Below are positions 17,643 to 25,370 of a DNA stretch of 39,687 nt, in pieces. The translations under genes were made by a program, and so were the position numbers. Within the stretch, counting starts at the first letter, position 1. Each line of letters opens with the position of its first letter. The DNA is from Chloroflexota bacterium (lineage in GTDB: Bacteria; Chloroflexota; UBA4733), in assembly GCA_023489405.1 (NCBI GenBank), contig JAMDCW010000139.1, positions 1-39,687 on the forward strand, in the 5' to 3' direction. A model generated the notes under the pieces. The model was not told the origin of the DNA and ran no database searches. It worked only from the letters and a program-made list of their open reading frames with translations.

Positions 17643-17826
17643 TGTACACTAGAAATTGCCGGCCGCGTAGAGCTGTAGTCCCGACAAGGCGCCATCCGAA
17701 AAAGTGATGCGCCAAAAGATGTAGCAACTTTCGCGATTCGATGCAAGATAAAGTAGTTTAAGGTAGGGATTCTTTCGAATGAGGAGATGTACAAGCGAAC
17801 GGTTCTTTGGACTGTCTCCGGCGGGT

Positions 17827-17835
17827 TGGTACATT
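17827..17835 (+). promoter_or_regulatory. candidate extended -10 promoter (TGGTACATT) for lgt
   Basis: TGGTACATT lies ~28 nt upstream of the lgt ATG. It is near-identical to TGGTACCAT upstream of rarA. Confidence 0.35.
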
Positions 17836-17862
17836 GAGAAGTCAAAAAGAGGGTAGGCACAT

Positions 17863-18708
17863 ATGTTCCCAGTGCATATAGGACTCAACCCAGTCCTCCT
17901 GCAGCTCGGCCCTATTGCTCTTCGCTGGTATGGTCTCATGATCGGCATCGGCATCGCGGTGGGTCTTTGGATCGATGCCCGAGAGGCAGAGCGTACGGGT
18001 TTCGGCAAAGAAACAGTCTACGCACTTGCGACCTGGCTCATCGTCTTCGGTATCGTCGGGGGACGCCTCTACTACGTCATTCAGAATAACTTCGGATACT
18101 ACCTCACCCATCCGCAGTATATTCTGGCCACCTGGCAAGGTGGAATGGCGTTTTACGGCACAATCGTGGCGGGGTTCATCACCATTGGCATCTTCTGCTG
18201 GCGTCGCCATCTTAACTTCTGGCGACTTATGGATACTCTGGTTGTGGGTTTGCCATTGGGTCAGGCTTTCGGACGGGTGGGCAATATCGTCAATGGTGAT
18301 ATCGTCGGCTATCCGACGAAGGGTTGGTTTGCCTTTATCTATACGAACCCTCATTCATTCATTGCGCCTCAATATCTCAACCACCGTGTTTTTCCAGCAA
18401 ATCTCGTCGAGCTTTTTCTCTCACTGCTGGTCTTTGCAGTTGTATGGGTGTTACGAACGCACATTCAGGTGCCCGGTCTACTCTCGGTGATCTACGTCAT
18501 CGCGTACTCGATCACCCAATTCGGCGTCTTCTTCGTTCGAGACAACAGCATCACGCTCTGGGGTCTTAAACAGGCACAGCTCACTGCCATCGTAGCTATC
18601 CTCCTGTGCATCCCTCTGGGCTTGTACTTGATCAATCGGTATCGACGGCAAGGCAACAAGAATCAGCCGCCTAGCTCACCGGCTACAAGGTCAGCCCCAG
18701 CGGCCTAA
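17863..18708 (+). CDS. lgt: prolipoprotein diacylglyceryl transferase
   Basis: 281 aa and polytopic, reading LGPIALRWYGLMIGIGI, GGRLYYV, WQGGMAFYG, GRVGNIVNGD. Confidence 0.9.
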   Translation: MFPVHIGLNPVLLQLGPIALRWYGLMIGIGIAVGLWIDAREAERTGFGKETVYALATWLIVFGIVGGRLYYVIQNNFGYYLTHPQYILATWQGGMAFYGTIVAGFITIGIFCWRRHLNFWRLMDTLVVGLPLGQAFGRVGNIVNGDIVGYPTKGWFAFIYTNPHSFIAPQYLNHRVFPANLVELFLSLLVFAVVWVLRTHIQVPGLLSVIYVIAYSITQFGVFFVRDNSITLWGLKQAQLTAIVAILLCIPLGLYLINRYRRQGNKNQPPSSPATRSAPAA

Positions 18709-18795
18709 AATGGGCAAGGCTCTGGGTGGGACATTAGCGCAGTAAGACGAGCAGCACGCCTCGCGTGGAAAATGTCCGCGTGCTCACCGGAAAAA

Positions 18796-20337
18796 CTAAA
18801 GGGAATCTTTCGTGAGTGATCGGAGGAACTCTTGATTGTTCGTTGTACGCGACATGGCTCGGAGCAACTGCTCATAACCGCCTTCGCCAATCTGCTGTAA
18901 CATCCGACGTATGAGCCACACCTGACGTAAAGTCGCTTCACCGAGCAACAACTCTTCCCGTCGCGTGCTCGAACGCAGCACATCGATAGCGGGGAAGAGG
19001 CGGCGTTCCGCTAGCCGCCGGTCAAGGTGAATTTCCAAGTTCCCAGTGCCTTTGAACTCTTCGTAAATGACTTCATCCATACGACTACCTGTATCCACGA
19101 GGCAGGTGGCAATAATTGTTAGGCTCCCGCCTTCTTCCAGATTCCGTGCCGCTCCATAAAACTTTTTCGGTGGGTACAATGCCGAAGGATCGACGCCACC
19201 AGTGAGGGTGCGACCACTCGGGGGAACGGCAAGATTGTAAGCGCGCACCAGACGAGTGACCGAATCGAGCAAAATCACGACATCTCGCCCGATCTCTACA
19301 AGGCGCTTGGCGCGGTCCAGAGCCATCTCTGCCACTCGGGTGTGGTTCTCCGTATCCTCATCGAATGTAGAACTGACCACCTCACCCTGAATGGAACGAC
19401 GCATATCAGTAACTTCTTCAGGCCGCTCACCAATGAGGCAAACCATGAGATAGATCTCGGGATGATTAGCGGTAATGCCATTGGCGATCTGCTTGAGAAG
19501 CATTGTTTTGCCGGCTTTCGGCGGAGACACGATGAGACCGCGCTGGCCTCGACCAATTGGCGCAACGAGATTAATCAGACGCTGAGAGAGATTTTGCTGA
19601 CTCGTCTCTAAGTTCAACTGGTCCTGAGGGAAAATCGGTGTCAAGCTCTCAAACAGCGGTCGTTGAAGTGCTGATTCTGGATCTTTCTCGTTGACACTAT
19701 CGACACGGAGCAGACTGTAGAACCGTTCCCCTTCCTTGGGGAGGCGAACTTGACCGTGTATGAGGTCTCCTGTACGCAAACCGAAGCGTCGAATCTGCGA
19801 CTGCGAGACATAGATATCATCCGGCCCCGGCAGATACCGCAACGTTCGAAGGAAGCCGTGCCCGGTTTCGCCCACTTCGAGGATACCGTGAGCAAAGATA
19901 TGTGGCTCGACAACTTCTTCAACCATCGTGATCGGTGTTATGGTCTCAGGAGGAGCCGGAGTAGCATCTGGTTCACCAATTGTCAGAGCTTCGCCCTGCG
20001 GAGCAGTAGCTTCTACCAGCTCTCCTTTCTCTCCGAGCACTACCGATCCATTGCCCTGCACGCTTTTAACATCGTGAGAGAGAGGTTCAACCTTGGTTTC
20101 CACGCAGACCGCGGACGGCGGCATCTTCTTCTGGGGAGGTTGCGCCATTGACAAATCAGCTACCGCTACCGCAGATTCAGTACTCTGAGGAGGAATCTCT
20201 CCACGGGCGCGCTGAGCAGTAACCAACTGCTCGATGAGATCCTGCTTCCTCAGATTCCAATAGTTAGGAATATGATAATTCTTGGCGATCGAGCGCAAGT
20301 CAGCAATTGTGCGCTCGCCGAGCGCAATCGCTTTCAT
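18796..20337 (-). CDS. rho: transcription termination factor Rho (with N-terminal insertion domain)
   Basis: Has the N-terminal helix bundle [25 protein letters not shown], the RNA-binding part [14 protein letters not shown] and Walker [15 protein letters not shown] 20337 (GGAG 8 nt upstream) is chosen over the track start. Confidence 0.9.
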   Translation of the reverse strand: MKAIALGERTIADLRSIAKNYHIPNYWNLRKQDLIEQLVTAQRARGEIPPQSTESAVAVADLSMAQPPQKKMPPSAVCVETKVEPLSHDVKSVQGNGSVVLGEKGELVEATAPQGEALTIGEPDATPAPPETITPITMVEEVVEPHIFAHGILEVGETGHGFLRTLRYLPGPDDIYVSQSQIRRFGLRTGDLIHGQVRLPKEGERFYSLLRVDSVNEKDPESALQRPLFESLTPIFPQDQLNLETSQQNLSQRLINLVAPIGRGQRGLIVSPPKAGKTMLLKQIANGITANHPEIYLMVCLIGERPEEVTDMRRSIQGEVVSSTFDEDTENHTRVAEMALDRAKRLVEIGRDVVILLDSVTRLVRAYNLAVPPSGRTLTGGVDPSALYPPKKFYGAARNLEEGGSLTIIATCLVDTGSRMDEVIYEEFKGTGNLEIHLDRRLAERRLFPAIDVLRSSTRREELLLGEATLRQVWLIRRMLQQIGEGGYEQLLRAMSRTTNNQEFLRSLTKDSL

Positions 20338-20482
20338 CGTGATTGCTCCGACGCTGCTAGCGCCAGCCCCAAAGGAACTGACGAGAATTCCCTGCTTGCA
20401 AGACACACTCGCAGCAACTCTACACGGAGAGCGAACGATGAGACGCACCACTTGGAGTGCACTCCTCCTCATCCGCGCGCTG

Positions 20483-20491
20483 AGTATAGCA
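20483..20491 (-). promoter_or_regulatory. candidate extended -10 promoter (TGCTATACT) for rho
   Basis: The identical 10-mer GAGTATAGCA (plus strand) occurs here, at 22633-22642 and at 27885-27894. Each copy lies upstream of a minus-strand gene. It would give a ~140-nt rho leader. Confidence 0.4.
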
Positions 20492-20572
20492 CGCTAAGGT
20501 CCTTCAGAGGGTAGTGCCAAGACTGTAATCAGCCCGTTTCTGTCACAGTTGGTCAACATTTTTACCTTTTTA

Positions 20573-21274
20573 TTACATTTGTGAGCGCTGGCGTCCCATA
20601 GCTTGTAGGGTAGCAAGCTCTTCTTCGGCAAAGAGCATCTCCTGTCCAGGATGGGGCTGATGCCCTCGACGGCGGGGACGATCCGGTATACGACCTTCGA
20701 GAAACTCCTCGTAACGCGCTAAGACGAACAGAAAATCCGAAGCACGGTTAAGGAAAACAAGGACGCGGGGATTCGGGATAGCACCGTGATGCGTAAGATA
20801 AGCCGTCAGGCGTTCGGCTCGGCGCACTACCCCGCGCGCAACGTCGAGCATTGCTCCAACCGGTGTAGCACCTGGGGTGATGAATCCGTGGGGTAGCTCG
20901 ATCTGGTTCTTAATCTCTTCCATCAATTCTTCCACGCTGCCGATCTGTTCATCGCTAACAGTTGGCTGATTAGGAAGTAGGCGATCTACTGTTGCTATTT
21001 CTGCCATGACGAGATAGAGATTACTCTGTAGATCATAGACAATCTGCTTTAGCCTTTGGTGTCGCGTCATTGCCCGTGCTACACCGAGTGCCGAGTTCGC
21101 TTCATCAAGGGTTCCTAGTACTTCCACCCGGTCGTCATACTTCGGCACGTCCTTCTCTCCGAGAAGGTCGGTGTATCCTGTATCGCCGGTACGGGTCGTT
21201 ACCCGGGGATTGCGCCGGCGTCGAACCATTGATCGCTCAGGGCGTTTGGATGTCTCCGAATTGCCCTCAGCCAT
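20573..21274 (-). CDS. PduO-type ATP:cob(I)alamin adenosyltransferase
   Basis: TRTGDTGYTDLLG...RVEVLGTLDEANSALGVA is typical of PduO/MMAB-type ATR. The start is uncertain (ATG 21274 with GGAAGGA upstream, or ATG 21229). Confidence 0.8.
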   Translation of the reverse strand: MAEGNSETSKRPERSMVRRRRNPRVTTRTGDTGYTDLLGEKDVPKYDDRVEVLGTLDEANSALGVARAMTRHQRLKQIVYDLQSNLYLVMAEIATVDRLLPNQPTVSDEQIGSVEELMEEIKNQIELPHGFITPGATPVGAMLDVARGVVRRAERLTAYLTHHGAIPNPRVLVFLNRASDFLFVLARYEEFLEGRIPDRPRRRGHQPHPGQEMLFAEEELATLQAMGRQRSQM

Positions 21275-21451
21275 GCCGCTGCCATCCTTCCACACTCCCA
21301 AAAGAAGATTACTTGCTCTGTACTCTACCTCTTAGGATGAGCATTCCTGCTTTCCCAACAGGTACAGTCTTGAAAGTCGACGCTCAGAAAGGATGTACTC
21401 CTGAAGAGAAAGAGCCAGCTACTTGTTAGTCTATCGATCATCGTCTCGGGA

Positions 21452-22447
21452 ATGGCCGGTGTATCAGAATACTTCCAGCCACCTTCCTTAGTGACCTTCT
21501 GTACCGCAACGATAGCCCTTGCCTTGCTGGCAGCAACGATTGGACACGTTACCGATGAGCTAAGCCAGAGACTACCGCCGATAGCCACAGGTATCGTGCA
21601 ATCGGCGCTAGGGAACTTACCAGAACTCTTCGTCAGTATCTTTGGGTTACGGGCAGGGCTGATAGAACTCGTTCAAAGCTCTCTTGTGGGATCGATTCTC
21701 GCGAATGGGCTGCTCGTCCTGGGAAGTGCAATGCTTGCCGGAGGCCTCAAGCACGGAGCTCAGAAATTCCATGCGGATCAGCCCCGTACTATTACGACGT
21801 TGTTTTTTTTCGGCGTCGCTGCACTTATCGTTCCATCACTGGCAACGCAGATCCATAGCTCGGTCAGTAGACATATTCAGAGTTTGAGTGTAGCCATCGC
21901 CCTCATGCTCCTCGCTGTCTTTGTGGGCAGCATGACCTATGCTCTCCAGTCGCACGCGCGCCAGCAGCCTCTCGAGCAACGTGAGAGCTGGCCTCTACGC
22001 ACTATCATCTTCGTGTTGCTACTGACGAGTGTGCTAGCGGCGTTCGTATCAGACTGGTTCATAGCGAGCACATCGGCAACGATAGTGAAGCTGCACATCT
22101 CTCAATCATTCACAGGCTTCGTCATCGTGGCACTTGCCGCCAATACTGTGGAGCATGCGGTGGGAATCCAGTTGGCGCTCCGCGCTCAACCAGATTATGC
22201 GTTAGCGATCATCCTCAATAGTCTGCTCCAGATCGCGCTAGCTTTAATACCCGCCCTCGTCATCCTGAGCGTATTTCTAAGTCCCACTCCATTCAACCTG
22301 GTACTGTCGCCGCTCCTCGTGGTTGCCCTTGCGCTCGCGGCAGTCCTCGATATTGTGATCGTCTTTGACGGGGAATACAACTGGCTCGAAGGACTGGCCC
22401 TGATCGGACTCTACGGGATTTTCGGTGCCCTATTCTGGTGGAGCTAA
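21452..22447 (+). CDS. cax: Ca2+/H+ antiporter (CaCA family, ChaA/Cax type)
   Basis: Polytopic protein of 331 aa with the two alpha-repeat signatures ALGNLPELFVS and ANTVEHAVG. Confidence 0.8.
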   Translation: MAGVSEYFQPPSLVTFCTATIALALLAATIGHVTDELSQRLPPIATGIVQSALGNLPELFVSIFGLRAGLIELVQSSLVGSILANGLLVLGSAMLAGGLKHGAQKFHADQPRTITTLFFFGVAALIVPSLATQIHSSVSRHIQSLSVAIALMLLAVFVGSMTYALQSHARQQPLEQRESWPLRTIIFVLLLTSVLAAFVSDWFIASTSATIVKLHISQSFTGFVIVALAANTVEHAVGIQLALRAQPDYALAIILNSLLQIALALIPALVILSVFLSPTPFNLVLSPLLVVALALAAVLDIVIVFDGEYNWLEGLALIGLYGIFGALFWWS

Positions 22448-22466
22448 ACACTCTATGGGTACGATG

Positions 22467-22539
<73 letters not shown>

Positions 22540-22544
22540 AACGG

Positions 22545-22618
22545 TGGGCGCACCTGGACTCGAACCAGGGACCTTTGCCTTATCAGGGCAACGCTCTAAC
22601 CGGCTGAGCTATGCGCCC
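22545..22618 (-). tRNA. tRNA-Ile (anticodon GAT)
   Basis: Manual cloverleaf: acceptor GGGCGCA/TGCGCCC, D stem GCTC/GAGC, anticodon stem TTGCC/GGCAA with loop CTGATAA, T arm CCTGG-TTCGAGT-CCAGG, discriminator A. Confidence 0.95.
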
Positions 22619-22633
22619 CTTTATGTGGCCAGG

Positions 22634-22642
22634 AGTATAGCA
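22634..22642 (-). promoter_or_regulatory. candidate extended -10 promoter (TGCTATACT) for the tRNA-Ile/tRNA-Arg pair
   Basis: TGCTATACT on the minus strand ends 15 nt upstream of the mature tRNA-Ile 5' end. This is the same 10-mer as at the rho and transglutaminase loci. Confidence 0.45.
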
Positions 22643-22722
22643 GAAAGAGGTAAAGCACCGCTAGTAACAGCGGCAATTCGCTTTGCCCCAGCATCGATTG
22701 ACATACGAGAAAGGGCACTGAT

Positions 22723-22731
22723 TGGTACCAT
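22723..22731 (+). promoter_or_regulatory. candidate extended -10 promoter (TGGTACCAT) for rarA
   Basis: TGGTACCAT lies ~27 nt upstream of the rarA GTG. A TTGACA at 22698-22703 is 22 nt away, which is too far for canonical spacing. Confidence 0.3.
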
Positions 22732-22757
22732 AGGGGAGGGCAAAAAAGGGAGGTGCA

Positions 22758-24167
22758 GTGCCTTCACAACCTCGCATTCCGCCGTCTGCGTCGCTGACAT
22801 CCCAATCTTCGCTCTTCCCGGAAGCGGCTAGCGGTGCTCAGAGCATGCAGCACATTCCGCTTGCTACGCGGATGCGTCCTCGTTCGCTGGAAGAGATCGC
22901 CGGTCAGCAAAAGCTTCTTGCTGAAGGGCATATACTCCGTCGTTTGATTGAACGCGACCGTCTGGGCTCTTTGATCCTTTGGGGACCTCCTGGATCGGGC
23001 AAGACCACCATAGCCGAAGTTATCGCATTGCAGACCCGTGCTCGCTTCATCCGTCTCAGCGCCACATCTGACGGAGTCGGCGAACTGCGCCGTGTCATCG
23101 ATGCTGCGCAGCTCTATCAACGCTCAACCGCTCTGCCCACAATTGCCTTCATCGATGAGATCCACCGCTTTACCAAAGTGCAACAAGACGCTTTACTTCC
23201 CCATATCGAGCAAGGAACCATCACATTAATAGGCGCGACAACGGAAAATCCCAGTTTCAGCCTCACACCGGCGCTCCTATCCCGCTGCCGTATCGTACAA
23301 CTCGAACCACTCTCTGCGGCAGATATAAGCCTGATCATCTCACGGACCTTAGCAGATGAAGAACGTGGGCTAGGTAGCGCTCACCTTACAGTGAGCCATG
23401 AGGCACTCGATTTTCTCGTCCAAACAGCCAGTGGTGATGCCCGTGCCGCATTGAATATCCTGGAAGCAGCCGCTGACATCGTTCAGACGACATCAGCGAA
23501 GATCATCGAGCGAACGATCATTGAACAAATTGTCCAACACCAAGCGCTTCACTATGATCGAAGCGGTGATTGGCATTACCAGCTCATTTCTGCTTTTATC
23601 AAGAGTGTGCGAGGATCAGACCCTGACGCAGCCATCTACTGGCTCGCACGTATGCTCGAGGCAGGAGAAGACCCTTTGTTCATCGGCCGGCGTATGGTCT
23701 TGCTCGCAAGCGAAGACATCGGTCTTGCGGACCCCTTCGCCCTCGTGCTGGCAACGCAGACGCATGCTGCAGTCGCGGCAATTGGCATGCCCGAAGGCTA
23801 CCTCCCCTTAGCGGAAACAACTTTGTACCTCGCGCTTGCACCCAAAAGCAACTCTGCACTCGCCGCCTATCAAGCAGCAGCGAAAATGGTCAATGAGACT
23901 TTCAACCTACCCGTACCTCTTCACCTTCGAAATGCCACCACCGCATATGACCGAGCAGTTGGCGTGGGGCAGGGTTACCGTTATCCTCACGAATCGCCCA
24001 CAGGATTCGTGTTCCAGGAGTATCTTCCCAGAGAGATCAAGGCTCACAGATTCTACACGCCAGGGCATAGCCACTGGGAAGAACAGCACTATAAGGAGCT
24101 GATAGAGCGACAGAAACGGACACGTGCTACTTTCGTCGGCGAAGAAAACCAGAGCAAGAATACGTAG
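22758..24167 (+). CDS. rarA: replication-associated recombination protein A (AAA+ ATPase)
   Basis: Reads PLATRMRPRSLEEIAGQ, Walker A LWGPPGSGKTTIA, FIDEIHRF. GTG 22758 is preceded by GGGAGG 5 nt upstream. Confidence 0.9.
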   Translation: MPSQPRIPPSASLTSQSSLFPEAASGAQSMQHIPLATRMRPRSLEEIAGQQKLLAEGHILRRLIERDRLGSLILWGPPGSGKTTIAEVIALQTRARFIRLSATSDGVGELRRVIDAAQLYQRSTALPTIAFIDEIHRFTKVQQDALLPHIEQGTITLIGATTENPSFSLTPALLSRCRIVQLEPLSAADISLIISRTLADEERGLGSAHLTVSHEALDFLVQTASGDARAALNILEAAADIVQTTSAKIIERTIIEQIVQHQALHYDRSGDWHYQLISAFIKSVRGSDPDAAIYWLARMLEAGEDPLFIGRRMVLLASEDIGLADPFALVLATQTHAAVAAIGMPEGYLPLAETTLYLALAPKSNSALAAYQAAAKMVNETFNLPVPLHLRNATTAYDRAVGVGQGYRYPHESPTGFVFQEYLPREIKAHRFYTPGHSHWEEQHYKELIERQKRTRATFVGEENQSKNT

Positions 24168-24194
24168 TAGAGTTGGTTGGTGAGGGAGGAACGT

Positions 24195-25073
24195 GTGCCG
24201 CACTTATTGAAAGTCGATGATCTCGGGAAGACGGATATCGATCGTTTACTGGGAATAGCTGCAAAGCTTGAAACTCGGGGAGCTGATGCATCCCCTCCGC
24301 TGCTCAATGGATGTATTGTCGGGCTCGTCTTCGGTGCGCCATCAATTAGGACGCACTCTTCCTTCCAAGCGGCGGCCATGCGCCTTGGCGGCCGTGTACT
24401 CGACGTCACCGGCGCCCACGGGCTTCCCTACATCGCAGAATCGGTTGCCGATGTGATACGTTCCATCGATAGCCTCTGCCAGATTCTCATCGTGCGACAC
24501 CCTTGGTCGCCAAGCCCTCCGGAAGTTGCCGATATCTGCCGTATCCCTATCATCAACGCTGGGCAAATGCATGGAGAACATCCGACGCAAGCGCTGGCCG
24601 ATCTCTACACGCTCCGTCAAGTCTTTGGATCGCTGGACCACCTTGCGATTGGCCTCATCGTCGATGACCCTTCGCGTCGCGAGGTGACATCGCTACGCCA
24701 TATTCTGGCAGCCTATCCTTCTATCACCCTCCACTGGTTCATCTCGGAAGAAGCAGATATGAATCTGCCTCAGCAACACCAGATCCAGCCGCTCTCAGCC
24801 TTACCGACTCTGGCAAAGAATCTCGCCGCTGTCTACATCACTCCTTCTACAAACAGCGTGGCCTCGTGGGCACATCAAGTGGCCAGCTACTTGAGACTTG
24901 CCGTCCAGAATAACCCTGAGCTGTGCTTGCTGCACCCACTACCGCGCGGAGCCGAACTGCCGACTGATCTTGACCACCATCTACGTTCTGCTTACTTCCG
25001 CGAAGCACAGAACGGCCTATGGATCCGTCAAGCAGTACTAGGCTGGGCTCTTGATCGTTGGGAAACTATTTAG
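24195..25073 (+). CDS. aspartate/ornithine carbamoyltransferase-fold protein, divergent (not a canonical PyrB)
   Basis: ATCase-like layout: HLLKVDDL...EHPTQALADLYTL...HPLPRG. However, STRTR is replaced by SIRTH, and I cannot find the KGE and R..Q Asp-binding motifs. GTG 24195 is preceded by GAGGGAGGAA. Confidence 0.65.
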   Translation: MPHLLKVDDLGKTDIDRLLGIAAKLETRGADASPPLLNGCIVGLVFGAPSIRTHSSFQAAAMRLGGRVLDVTGAHGLPYIAESVADVIRSIDSLCQILIVRHPWSPSPPEVADICRIPIINAGQMHGEHPTQALADLYTLRQVFGSLDHLAIGLIVDDPSRREVTSLRHILAAYPSITLHWFISEEADMNLPQQHQIQPLSALPTLAKNLAAVYITPSTNSVASWAHQVASYLRLAVQNNPELCLLHPLPRGAELPTDLDHHLRSAYFREAQNGLWIRQAVLGWALDRWETI

Positions 25074-25125
25074 CAAGCCGGCCATACAAGCGAAAAGCCT
25101 CAGGAAGCATCGTATCCTTCGGCGT

Positions 25126-25370
25126 TGCGGAGAATGGTCTTAGCCCTCGCTCCTCTCCCCTTCGAAAGGATGGAGAGATGGAGAGAGAGATGAAGACGGG
25201 TATGAGGTACGTTCCAGGGAAACAGGTGACTACGGTATATCATGTCGACACTGTGCTTGCCCGCTAGCCATACTCGGAGCTTGGAAAGGAAGCAACCGAT
25301 GGTAAGCGCGTAGGCCAGCCGGCAATGTGGGTTGCTGTAGCGTAACTCCACCGGCGCGAATGATCCGGAC
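25126..25370. repeat. conserved intergenic structured element, copy B (with two insertions)
   Basis: Carries the same six blocks as 17442-17555, in the same order and orientation. The hairpin (25153-25162 with 25166-25177) is retained with compensatory apical pairs. There are insertions of ~65 nt and ~70 nt, the latter with a 7-bp stem AGCAACC/GGTTGCT (25291-25297 with 25330-25336). The element fills the convergent gap and abuts the TGase stop codon. Confidence 0.5.

Noticed and set aside
18709-18795. Bidirectional terminator between the convergent lgt and rho genes (stem AGCACGC/GCGTGCT)
   Set aside because: The stem is 7 bp with an 18-nt loop, and no U-tract follows on either strand. The same applies to the GGCGG/CCGCC hairpin at 37666-37682 between rsmG and ilvD.
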